Assembly: GCA_903813345.2 (NCBI GenBank)
Contig: CAIIXF020000001.1
Coordinates: 33,294,001 to 33,358,000 of the forward strand
Reading direction: 5' to 3'
From: Owenia fusiformis
Taxonomy: Eukaryota
DNA: 64,000 nt
Shown: piece by piece, positions 13,181 to 25,142 of the stretch
Layout: each line of letters begins with the position of its first letter
How positions within the stretch are numbered: the first letter of the stretch is position 1
Notes under the pieces: generated by a model
The model's database searches: none
Told to the model about the DNA's origin: nothing
What the model saw: only the letters and a program-made list of their open reading frames with translations
Translations under genes and position numbers: made by a program

Positions 13181-13860
13181 GGAATTAAAAGCAATTTTAG
13201 ACTGTTAGATGATCTCATCTGTAATCAAGGTGATGTTGGTACACTTCCGCCGTTAGAAAAACAAAGTCTAAGACAAAGACTATATAGCAATTAATCCTTT
13301 TGTAATCATTAAATGTTAGATTCTTATTATTTTGTTGGACAATGTTCAGACTTCTGACCAAGATTAAATCACTTATGTTTGTATTTAAAAAATAGTATTT
13401 CAATCAGACAGACGTTCTAATGAGTTAGAAAAATACATTTGTCCATTTCCTCTCAAGAAGTTGTCAAAGGTAATCAAGTTGATTTGTTTGAGTGTTTAGC
13501 ATTGTTTTTCACAACTTGACGCTTCAATGAACAGAATGACTTTGAAATGAGTTTTTATAATTTTAGCTTTTATACGGACATGCTTATTGTATATTTCTAT
13601 ATGAACGTTGTAGTTATGTGATGTAACATCGCCCCCCCCCCCAAATTACAGGTATACAAATTTTGGTCGGAATGCATTAACTTGCAATTAAAAGCAATTT
13701 TAGACTGTTAGATGATCTCTTATGGAATCTAGGTGATGTTGGTACACTTCCGCATTTAAGAAAACAAAGACTAAAACAAAGAGAACTAAGCAATTAATCC
13801 TTTTGTTATCATTAAATGTTAGATTCTTATTTTTTATTGGACAATATTAAGACTTCTGTC
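13181..13860. repeat. Diverged ~175-bp direct repeat, ~500 bp apart
   Basis: AATTAAAAGCAATTTTAGACTGTTAGATGATCTC...AGACTTCTG at ~13183-13358 and ~13686-13858. Confidence 0.8.
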
Positions 13861-14280
13861 TCCGATTGTTATGCAGGTATGTGTATAAAATCATGTGAAC
13901 AACATTATCGTGGAAACTCCCATATTCATTCTCATAATGTCTTACAGCTATTTCGCAAATGACATAATCCTAAACAACATATGGACATAATATTGCAGAA
14001 CTGAGCGAAAAGAAAGGTGGAACAAATCAGATGAAGATATTTTATTTTTGAAATGCACAAAGGGCAACAGTTGAAGAACAAAAGTTAAAGGGGTTGTGAA
14101 ATAGATCGTGCTTTTATATGATCCCCTTCTATAGTACCCTACCCTTTGCATTTGTTCGACTTCACTTCTTAAATGAGAGTTTCGTCTTCTCGTAGTTTAT
14201 AATTAGACTCTGCACGCAGCATAATAGTGCCCCTATTATCCATGCTCATGTTCTCATTTGATTTTTCATCAGTTATGACT

Positions 14281-14410
14281 TGGTAACATTTGCTCCGATT
14301 TTCATTACAGGGCCCGGCCGATTGAGTATTTTGTTCAGAATTGAATACAATTTTGAACAAAATACTCATCAGCCGGGCGCCGGTGCTGAAAATCTGAGCA
14401 AATGTGACCA
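14281..14410. repeat. 130-bp imperfect palindrome (hairpin MITE-like)
   Basis: TGGTAACATTTGCTCCGATTTTCA...GAGTATTTTGTTCAGAATTG-AATA-CAATTTTGAACAAAATACTC...TGAAAATCTGAGCAAATGTGACCA. Confidence 0.8.
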
Positions 14411-15506
14411 CGGCATTATAAAAGCATACTCTTCAATACACCAACAGATTTAAAATGAGACTTTATCTATCAGAGAAATAAAAATGGAAAATATGTATTC
14501 TGAAAATATTAACTGATGCATTGGTTAGTATTAAATATTAAGTTTTACAGTCGGAAACCTCAAGGGGCAGGAAATTTGATTAAACAAAACGCCTGATTAA
14601 TATGTGGACTTAATGTGCATTCAAAGGACCCCAGTTTGTAAAATTGATAGAAATGAATAGTTTTATTATCGGAAAAAACTGAGAAATATCTACCCGATTC
14701 GCCAGAATAGTCATCATCATATCAGTGGGAAAAATTAGCTATATTTATTTTCTATGCAATATACACCTGATATTCATAGCCTTCCACGATAATGGTCCGT
14801 TGACATCATCAACCTTGTGATTTGCCATAAGTGATTAACCAACAATTTTTTAATTAAAAGTCGGGTTTGACGTTTCTTGACTTTTCACACTGACATCAAA
14901 ACAAAACATAATTTGAAAATAAAAGGCATAAAATGGCCATTAAAAGTACATTTTTGAACAAAAGTATCAACTTATATTACACTGCACGCAAATACAAAGT
15001 GAAATGAACGTCTTCCCGGAGATTGAAATACGGATCGGTAAGTCAACAAATCTAACTGTTAAATAAACAAGCTTAGCCTATGACTGCGATTGTTTGTCTG
15101 AGTGGCCAGATGTTATCCGTTTCGGATAATAAATTTCTGAGAATACTACTGATATCTAGAATACATCTTCCGTGATATTTTTCATAAAACTACCCTTTGC
15201 ATTCGTTTGACTTCACTTCTTAAAAGAGAGCTTCGTCTTAGTGTAGTTTAACTAGACTCTGCACGCAGGGTATCATAAAACAGGCATCTTAGCTGCAATT
15301 TTGAATAATAGCGTAATTCATAGCACAATATAAATTAACCCGCCTCTGTTTAATTCAAATATGCATTACCCTAAGATTTATATACTTAGACACCTTTTCA
15401 TTCTTGATTCGAATTTTTATCTTGTCTTCATCTAAATTTGTGGATTAATAACAGTTTTTAGTATACAAATTGAACATACAAAATGTAGCGTATTGATTAC
15501 ACGTTA

Positions 15507-15747
15507 CAGTGGCGTAGCCAGCTTTCAGTCGGGGGGAGGGGGGGGGGGTGCGATCGTGGCATAAAAAAAGTTTTTGAAGATTTGTTTTGAATTTTACAAA
15601 AATTGGTGCAACTTCGTTCAAAATCGAGCTAGAAGCTTCAAATAAAAAGCATTTTAAGACTTTTTTCTTCTATCTAATGGTTCTACTTTCATTGGTTATG
15701 GAGGGGGGTGCGATCGCACACATCGCATCCCCCTGGCTACGCCTATG
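15507..15747. mobile_element. hAT-like MITE (CAGTGGCGTAGCCAG...CTGGCTACGCCTATG), 5-bp TSD
   Basis: TIR pair with flanks CGTTA/CGCTA. Partial relatives at ~12460-12500, 16100-16290, 38270-38370 and 50391-50665. Confidence 0.8.
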
Positions 15748-16954
15748 CGCTATATTTATATAACAAGGTTATCATATCATGCCAATAGTTAGATGGTTAA
15801 CTAATATTAACACAAAATAATAATACACGATAATTAAAAAAATAAACCTCGGTATTCGGGCCTAAAATCCAAGGATACGTGTACCATTACTTAAGTGTAA
15901 GCTGCAATACCATATCGAATACCTGTACCATTACTCAATAATAACCACTAGTAAGACCATAATAACAAGCTTAATAACTAGCTTATTGCAAGTTATTTCA
16001 TACGATTTTGTCTTGTGTATCCGCTTCACCACAGATAATTATATGGTGTTTTCATTAACTAATGTATGAACTGGAATATACATAAAACAAGGGGTATACA
16101 TAGCAGGGCTGAAGCCCGGTTTCAACCAGCTGAGGGGGGGGGGGTGCGATCGTAGTATTTTAACAATTGGTGCAACCTCCTTCAAAATTGAGCTAGAAAC
16201 TTCAAAAAGCATTCTAAATCTCTCATCTCTTTTTTTGGTTGTATTTTTGGGTGGGGTTGAGATCACACCTACCGCAACCCCCTTAACTCCTTACAGTAAT
16301 GTTAATTCAAGTGCCTTTGAATTTGCAAGATACAAACCACAAGACAATACCTCAAACAGCTTCGAAAATCTCTCAAAATTGATAACAAATAGTTGTTCTC
16401 ACTTCTTTTATAATCAATCTGACTATATTTGTTAAAATTTAATTTCAAAAAAGATATTTAAATTTTTGAATTTCTCTTGTAAAAACGCATTTCACACAAA
16501 GCACATTTTGACACCTATTTCATCTTGGCAAATCTCAGTATCAACAAAGGGACCCTTTACCTTTCAATTATATACCATGATTGAGCTGCTCGTCAAAATA
16601 TGTTAATGGTGTCATCATGTTTTGAACACACTCGTTTAGTCGATATTGCATGCAAATCACAGAGAAAAAATTATTAAGCTCCCAAAATCGCCCCAGTTGA
16701 TTAAACATGGTATATATTGACTTTTGAGAGTCAACTAGACTGTATTTTATATAATAAGTTTTCAAAAATATTTTTTATTAATTTAAAAAAAAAGTTTGCA
16801 AAAAACACATTTTTTACCCAAAAACTCACTTCGACACCTTTTTCATCTTGGCAAATCTCAGTATCAATAAAGAAACCCTTTACCTTTCATTTGATAACCA
16901 TGGTTAAGGTGCTCGTCAAAATGTAAGATGTCATTTTATTTTACACATACCTAT

Positions 16955-17918
16955 TCTAGACTATTAAAATTACCATGGTATTTTGCTTTAACAGATGATG
17001 CGGGTTTATTAGGCGTGCTGGCACCCGTTACACTATTAATAACAGTTTCATTAAGCGACAAAAATGAGTCGTTTGTTTCGGGATTAACAGTCTGGACTTG
17101 GAGACTTTGGCATTATTGACTTCATTAACGCTTTGTTTGGCAAAATCGAGCATTTGTTGTTCACTCACTATTTCCTCGAGAGTAGTCGCCTTACTAATTG
17201 GGATTGTTTGTGGCTTGGAATTGGCTTGGATCAGGGGTTTTGGCAGAAGACCAGTTACTGGCACCTCGGATTGTTTACATGTACATGTACATGTTTTGAC
17301 GAAATTTGTCACATCGACCTGAAGTTTCGAAAGTTTCGAAAATAGTGTTCCTACCTCATCTTTCAAGTCCATCTCCTTTTTATGGCTAACTCTATCTGCT
17401 TCAAGTTCCACAATTCGCTGGGTTAGCATTGTTATGTTTATGTCCACTGTTGCATTACGCTCGTTGCGATACGCATTTTGACGCAATTCCTTATTGCTGA
17501 TGACATCGGGAAGGAAACTGTTTGTACTGAGTATAGATCTGGGGAAGCTTTTGTTGTCCTTTATGAATACATGTAGATCCGAAATATCATTTAAAAGCGT
17601 GATCTTTCTATTTTTTCCTTTTCGCAGCTTTGGTTGTAAGTTTATAGGAACCTGATCTTCCTCTCGATCAGCAAGTACGCCATAGAGATTATCACATAAC
17701 TCAGATACTTTTACCTTCCCCTTTTGGAACAGATAATCCCTGAGAACATCGCACTCATCTTCCTCAAGCTCTCGATCTAACTCTTCTATTACGTCCGCTC
17801 TTGGGCCTTCAGTCAGCAGCTGAAGCGTTTGCTCAATATTGGCTAAATCCTCCCCGCTAAACGGAGCTGTTGATTTCACGTCCAACGCCATTGAAACTGG
17901 AAGCAGTAACTCAATCAA
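16955..17918 (-). pseudogene. LINE ORF1, N-terminal part (296-aa ORF with predicted coiled coil; frameshift near 17100)
   Basis: ORF 17028-17918 with likely start MALDVKS. Heptad-like segment ITMLTQRIVELEADRVSHKKEMDLKDEVGTLFSKLSKLQVDV, then a low-complexity linker continuing in another frame to ...KAKYHGNFNSL at the TCTAGA junction. Same strand as, and collinear with, the ORF1 fragments at 4.1-7.2 kb. Confidence 0.65.
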
Positions 17919-18727
17919 TAAGAAAAAAATTATAACAACCCTACCACTTCTTCAACAGAGGGTAGGGGGCAAATATGAAAAAATATTTTGTGAGAATATA
18001 ATTTGTGCTCACTCTTTTTTAGCATGACTAAAATGGTTGATTAACATACAATTTACTATTTATTAGACATTATGCAGGTTATTTGGAATCTATTTGTGAT
18101 TTTAAGCTTTTTTACTAATCTCCCATCCCATGTTTAGTATTATCTTATTCCAAGAAATTCCCTCATAGTTTTTTTGTATTGTATTGATGCAAATGAAAGA
18201 ATTCCACACCATTGCGAAGTATGGCATTGATGTGTCCAGTTGTTGTCGAGAAAAAAACACAAGAACCCCACCATTTAGTGAATACAATATTTGTGCAAAC
18301 TCTCTTTTATCATGCCTTATATGGTCAATTGATATTGACATTTGCGATCTATTAGATATTTTCAAGATATTAATATGTGATTTTAAGCCTTTTACTGCCC
18401 CTTCCACTCCAATTCAATGTTGAATATATTTAGTTGCAGGAGTTTTCTCGCATTAGTTTTTATTGTAGTGCATCAAACCCAATGAAAAAATTCAACAACA
18501 TTGCTTCAATATCATTTGAAAGATCCATAAAGTATAACAGTGATATGTCAAATAGGTATGGAGAGAAATATTTATAATAACCCTACCCCTGCTTAAACAG
18601 AGTGTGGGGGTCAATGTGAAAAATATATAGAGTAAATTATTTGTGTAAATTCTTCTTTATCATGCCTAAGATGGTCAATTGATATGAACCTTATTGATTA
18701 TAAGGCATTTTGCAGGATATTTAGAAT

Positions 18728-20800
18728 TTATTATCCCATCGAACGAAGTTAGTGGAGCGATTTTGTTCATATTTGGTATGTGAATACTTTAAGCATGACA
18801 CAATGTCTAATGACATTTTTGGTAGTAGGTGGCCATTTTTCAAAATGGCCGCCATTTTTACGTGTGTTATTTAACATTTTTTACTGTAAGTCAAAAAGTA
18901 GATGAGTGATTTTGTTCATATTTGGTATGTGAATACTTTAAGCATGGCTGAATGTCTAATGACATTTTGGGTAGTAGGTGGCCATTTTTCAAAATGGCCG
19001 CCATTTTTACGTGTGTTATTTTACATTTTTTACTATAACTCAAAAAGTAGTAGAGCGATTTTGTTCATATTTTATATGTGAATACTATAAGCATGGTACA
19101 CTGTCTAATGACACTTTGGGTAGTAGGCGGCCATTTTGAAAAATGGCCACCATTTTTTACGTTTTTTACTATAACTTGAAAAATAGTGGAGTGATTTTGT
19201 TCAGATTTGATATGTGAATACTTATGAACCTTGCACACTGTCTCATGACACTTCGCGTAGAAGGTGGCGATTTAGAAAAATGTTTTTTAGCTCACATGGT
19301 GAGCTTTTGAAATCGCTCACTTGTCCGTCTGTCTGTCTGTCCGTCTGTCCGTCAACAATAGTGGCACGTTTTAAAACCTCTGTCTATAGGATTCCTGTTT
19401 TAAGTTATTTCTGTTCAACATCAATACAGAAAACTCCCCTATGACTCCTGGTTCTAAAGCTCGCCTATTTTCAAAATGGCCGCCATTTTTGTCTCGCGAA
19501 ATTCACTTTTGACTGGCACGTTTTAAAACCTCTGTCGATAGGATTCCTGTTTTAAGTTATTTCTGTTTAACATCAATACAGAAAACTCCCCTATGACTCC
19601 TGGTTCAAAAGCTCGCCTATTTTCAAAATGGCCGCCATTTTTGTCTCGCGAAATTCACTTTTGACCCATTTCCTAGCTTTACAAATAATTTCAGGTGTCC
19701 TACATTGTAAAAATCTGTGTCAATGTAAAGAGTAGATATATGAAATAATTTTGTTACAAAAAATCAGCCATTTTAGTTAACATTGATTTGTCCATCTGTC
19801 TCGCAAAATCCACTTTTGGACCATTTGCCTTAAACCCTCTGTCGATAAGATTCCTGTTTTAAGTTAATTTTGTTCAACATCAATACAAAAAACTCTCCTA
19901 TGACTCTTGGCTCAAAAGCTCGCCTATTTTCAAAATGGTCACCATTCTTGTCTCGCGAAATTCACTTTTGGCCCATTTCCTAGCTTTACAAATAATTTCA
20001 GCTGTCCTGCATTGTAAAAAGCCATGTCACTGTAAAGAGTAGTTGTATGAAATAATTTTGTTACAAAAAATCGGCAAAATATTATATCAGTTTTTTTTTT
20101 TCAGCCATTTTAGTTAACATTGATTCGTCCATCTGTCTCTCAGTCAGTCCAAAAAAGTGGCAAGTTTTAAACCTCTGTCAACACTTTTTAAATCCTCTGT
20201 AGATAGGATTCCCGATTTAAAATAATTTTGTTCAACATCAATAAAGAAAAAAAAAACTGTGATTCCTGCTTCAAAATCTCGCCTAATTTCAAAATGGCCA
20301 CCATTTTTGTCTCGGGAAATTCACTTTTGGCCCATTTCCTAGCTTTACGAATAAGTTCATGTGTCCTGCATTGTAAAAAGCCATGTCTTTGTAAAGAGTA
20401 GTTGTACGAAATAATTTTGTCACAAAAAATCTGCAAAAAATTATACCCGTCTTTTTTTCACTTTTGAGCAACACCATGTGAGCCCAGTACCCACGGTACT
20501 AATTTTTTTATTAGAGCTTCGCCAGATCTTAATATTATCTGGACAGGACTTTCTAGCCTGGGACAAAAAGTCGGGTGTGCGTTTATTAGAGAGTGTGCGT
20601 TTAATAGAGATAATACGGTACTTAAAAGCATATTTCTTCTTCTGATGACAACTTGGCTAGTGAGCAACCATTTTGAAAATGGTGGTCTTTCTTATGTGTG
20701 TTATTTTACGATATTTGCTATATATTTTGTTTGTAAAATGCCAGCCATTTCTGTTCGATGGGATTTGCTACGCTTTGGCGTTGCCGTTGTTCTGGTTTAT
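18728..20800 (+). mobile_element. HINE family B, internally deleted copy, interrupted by HINE A copy 2
   Basis: SubTIR ATCCCATCGAAC (~18733) / GTTCGATGGGAT (~20753) and ~130-bp units containing AAAATGGCCGCCATTTT. The 3' end matches 48540-48710. Confidence 0.8.
19286..20505 (+). mobile_element. HINE family A, copy 2
   Basis: Same 5' end (TTTAGCTCACATGGTGAGC, GTCY microsatellite), same tandem units and same 3' end (CCATGTGAGCCCAGTACCCACGGTACTAATTTT) as 4521-6954. Confidence 0.9.
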
Positions 20801-22566
20801 GATATTAATCCTTTTGCCCCCCCCCTCCAAATTCAATGTTGAGTTTATCTGATTTTCAAATGTAGTTCTCTCATAACTTTTGCTGTAGTTCAGGGAAGCC
20901 AATGAAAAAGTTTTCAAATTAAATTACTGGAATATCTTTTACTAGATCCAGAAATTATGGCAGTGATGTATCTAAATATATGGATGAAAGATCACTCCAT
21001 CCCCTTCAACCCCTTTTGGAGGTGATTTAATATTGATTCATACAATAAATACATTATCCTTATTATTGCATCAACCATAAGATTTATTTTACTATTATTA
21101 AGTATGTCTATTAACATTTTGTTCATATAAAAACTGAGCCTTGTAGGGGGAAGGAGGGAGAAATGTACAAAACATGATTTTTAGCTCACACAGTGAGCAT
21201 ATGGGATTTGACTAGTTACCATTTATAGACCATGATCTTCCAAGGTATTTTATGCTCATAGATATGTCATCCTACACGATGGTCAATCATGATATCAGTC
21301 TATCTTATGGTGTATTTAAACAATTGATTCATCCTTCTGGCAATTAAATAATATGGTAACAGTATTTTTATGGTAATTATGGTAGTCTATGAAAAAACAA
21401 CAACCTCAAAATGCCATGTAATGCTACATATTAAGATAAAGCCATAAGCACACTGTTTTACTATAATTAAGGCCGTGAGAGGAACAGTACATGCATAATT
21501 TAAGGTACATTTATGGTAAATTGCAAATTTCCAGGGTACTAGCATGTAGTTTGCTGTTTATTTTTCATAATAGATATTAGTTCTTTCAAGTTTGCTAGAA
21601 TTGATAAACTCGCTAGCTCGAATCGATTAAAACAAGTTTCTTTAAAATATCTTCTCAGTTATCCCCATCTCTGTCTTATTACATGAGGAAAATATTAGTT
21701 AACCAGTTATTATGAAATTATTTCAAGACAGTCAGGGAGAGTTTGTTAGCCCTCCCCCTCCCTCTGCCACCCCCCCCCCCCCCCTCCGCCCACACACACA
21801 CACACACACTGAAGAGGCAAAATACTTTTTCTCCATCATTGATATTTTTTATAATTTGAAATTAATTTGGACATAAAGATTCACAGAAAAACGTTATCCC
21901 TGATTTTTCTTCACTAAATATCAAAATATCTTAGAATACTGATATAAAATCCTCAAAGTCAATGTTAACAAAATTTGAAAATGTGGATATTAAAAGGGTT
22001 AAAATATCAATTTTGCAAGGTAACAATGAAAAATAAACATCTACAATGAATATAACATAATAGTAGCAGTTATTTCACGAAAATTGGGAAAGAGTTTGCT
22101 CAGAATATTTACTTTTATTTTATCCACCAAGGGTGGGGGGTAAAACAAAAATTTTGGGACAAAAAGTGACTGAGAAACTTGCTTGGGTTGATTTTTCATT
22201 TAAAATCAAAACATTCATGAAATATTAATGGCTTAATTTCTGCAGTGATTCTAACAAACAAAAAAGATGAAGATCCTGGACTTAACCCCCCCCCCATCTT
22301 GCTTGATTTGAAATTCATTGAACTTATAGAGTGATATAAAAGCTCTCTTCCTGAATTTTGTCATCAAAAAATATGAAAAGAACTTAGAATTATGACAAAA
22401 TATCTTCAAAACCCATGTTACCAACATTGAGCATCACTGGACATTAAGTGATTAAAATAATTTTGCAAGGAAATATTAATAAAAAACATTGAAAACAATT
22501 TTTCGTTATATCTGCTGATTGTATAACTTATTTTATGGTGGCATATGAAGAACTGTCCTTAAAATA

Positions 22567-23742
22567 TTTTTATGTCCCCAGCACATAGTGTGGGGCCATA
22601 TTGTCGGCCAAGGCCCATCTGACTGTCTGTCCCTCCGTGTGTCTGTCCGTACGTCCGGGGGTTTTCTCCAAAACCACTACAGATATCTCCTTCAAATTTT
22701 CAGGGATAACTTATGAGTGCCTATAGATGTGGATGAAAAAAATTGAACTCGAAACCTACTTCCTGTCGGCCATTTTGAAGTCAAATGCTAAAATCCTTTT
22801 CTGCAAACTTTAAGAAAAACGGCTTCACAGTTGCTTTTAAAACTTTAACATCTTGTTCAGCTCACTTCATTCTAGATCTGATTAGGTTTTGGACCTGTAA
22901 GCTCAGTCATGTCAGCCATTTTGAATGTCTTAAGAAAAGTTAGCGCGCTATAATACTTTGTATCATATTGAATGGTGTTTTTGAGTTTTCATACTTTAAC
23001 TATTTAGTAGCTTTATAAATAATTTCAGATGTACTTTGTTGTAAAAGCCTATGTTATTGTTAACAGTACTTATATGTGATAATTTTGTAAAAAGAAATCA
23101 GCTTAGATTAGTTAGATTAGTTTTTTGGCATTCTGGGTAAATGTCAAGGCAGCCATTTTTCCATCTTAAGATCTTGCCTGTAAAGTGACTTGTCTACGCG
23201 TTTTTAGGTGAACCATTTGGTAGATCAATTTCAAATTTTCAGGGATGGTTCTTAGTATGAAAATATACATCTGATTAGTGTTTTTGCATTCTGCGTACAT
23301 GTTAAGGCATCCATTTTGGATTTTCTGTCCTAAAATCTTGTCTACCTGTTTTCAGGTGAACCGTTTGGTAGATCAATTTCATATTTTCAGGGATGATACT
23401 TAGTATGAAAATCTACAAACAGATTAGTTTTTTGACATTCTGGGTAAATGTCAAGGCAGCCATTTTGTATTTTCCATCCTGAAATCTTGTCTGTAAAGTC
23501 TTGTTTACATGTTTTCTGGTTAACTGTGTGACGGATCAATTTCAAATTTTCAGGGGTGGTTTTTTGTATGAAAATCTAGAACTGAGTAAATTTTGGGCAT
23601 TCTGGATAAATTTTAAGATGGCCATTTTGGATTTTTTGTCCTCAAATTGTGTTGGTAAAGTCTTGTCTACTCATTTTCAGGATAACCATTTGACGGGATC
23701 ACCCATTGGTGGGGACATTTTGTACACATTTGTGTTCTTGTT
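22567..23742 (+). mobile_element. HINE family C
   Basis: T-run insertion, subTIR ATGTCCCCA / TGGGGACAT, GTCY microsatellite, ~160-bp tandem units, and ends ...TTCTTGTTT. A related unit lies inverted at ~50900-51130. Confidence 0.75.
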
Positions 23743-23938
23743 TTGCTTTGCCCCCTGCTACCCCCTAGGGGTGGGGTTAAAACATAATTTTATGGGACGA
23801 AAAGTGACCCATGAACTTGCTTGGGTGGATTTTTTCATTTGAAACAACCAATATATTCATATAATCCCAATGGTTTAATTTCTGCAAGCCAAGACTAATT
23901 TAAGATTGATGTAGATTGGAAAGTCAATTGTACATGTT

Positions 23939-24941
23939 CACGCCCGGTGATCGTGAATATGGGACAGAGGGGGGAGCAGGCAATTTCTGCTAGAAAATTC
24001 AACAAATCTGGAAGATTTATTTTTTCAAGAAAAAGTTTACTATTGAATTGCTAAATGGATAGGCGCACGGTATGGTAGAATATGTTAGGTTTTCTGGGAC
24101 TTTTTCTGAAACGATACGCATCTAAGGTGTGAGATCTATTAAAAAAGGCGCAAGGCCATCAACAGGCACAAATCAACGTTTTTGCTATAAATCAAGCAAC
24201 AATGGACTACACGACCTGTAATAAATACTTGTAAGTGATGTTATCATAACTAAATTAATGTCATTGCTGAATTTATAAAATAAGTTTCCATACGTAAAAT
24301 AAAAAATAATCGAAAATAATTAAAATGGGACGGAGGGGGGGAGTAATAATTCTATAAAGTGAAACAACTTCACACGAATTCTTGTATTTGAAAAATGAAC
24401 TCATTAACTTAGTAAGAAACTGGATGATATACCCCTGGAGACTGAAAAATGGGGACATTTGGAGTAAAAGGACTTAAAGTCGCGAAACATCTCTAATCAT
24501 GTCTTATATACATATTGCTCCCCCCCTCCGTCCCCTCCCCCCCTCCGTCCCAAATTCATTATTTTCGATTATTTTTTATTTCACATATGGAAACTTATTT
24601 TATAAATTCAGCAATGACATTAATTTAGTTATGATAACATCACTTACAAGTATTTATTACAGGTCGTCCAGACCATTAATGCTTGATTTATAGCAAAAAC
24701 GTTGATTTGTGCCTGTTGATGGCCTTGCGCCTTTTTTAATAGATCTCATACCTTAGATGCGTATCGTTTCAGAAAAAATCCCAGAAAACCTAACATATAC
24801 TACCATACCGTGCGCCTATCCATTTAGCAATTCAATAGTAAACTTTTTCTTGAAAAAATAAATCTTCCAGATTTGTTGAATTTCCTAGCAGAAATTGCCT
24901 GCTCCCCCCCCTCCGTCCCATATTCACGATCACCGGGCGTG
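23939..24941. mobile_element. Foldback element, CAC termini, 5-bp TSD (Transib-like, non-autonomous)
   Basis: ATGTT|CACGCCCGGTGATCGTGAATATGGGAC...GTCCCATATTCACGATCACCGGGCGTG|ATGTT, with ~400-bp near-perfect inverted arms. Confidence 0.9.
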
Positions 24942-25142
24942 ATGTTGCTCGTAATTTTGTCACCCCCATAGATCTGATTCTGCCTTTTCAAGGTTAAATT
25001 TCAACTTCCTTCAAATTGGACAAATATTTTTTTAAATTTCGTCTAAAAGTTGCCTTGGGTCCATATATGACCTTAGCTTTGAGATTTCACCTTCAGCTGA
25101 CCTTCTAATTGTCAAAAAAGTGGCCTCTGTAAGATTGCTCGC

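Noticed and set aside
7197..16950. Minus-strand intron (AG|GTATGT at ~16950 ... TTCTAG| at ~7197) explaining the ORF1 split
   Set aside because: Splicing leaves an in-frame TAG at the junction, and LINE ORF1 normally lacks introns. The TCTAGA duplication model instead preserves the frame containing the NRFNA motif. Not formally excluded without RNA data.
7193..16962. Polinton/Maverick (AG...CT termini)
   Set aside because: The inverted match is only 11 bp, there is no external 6-bp TSD, and there are no polB, integrase or capsid remnants.
23939..23990. V(D)J-type recombination signal (heptamer-spacer-nonamer)
   Set aside because: Only CAC matches the heptamer, there is no ACAAAAACC-like nonamer at 12 or 23 spacing, and there is no RAG ORF in the window.
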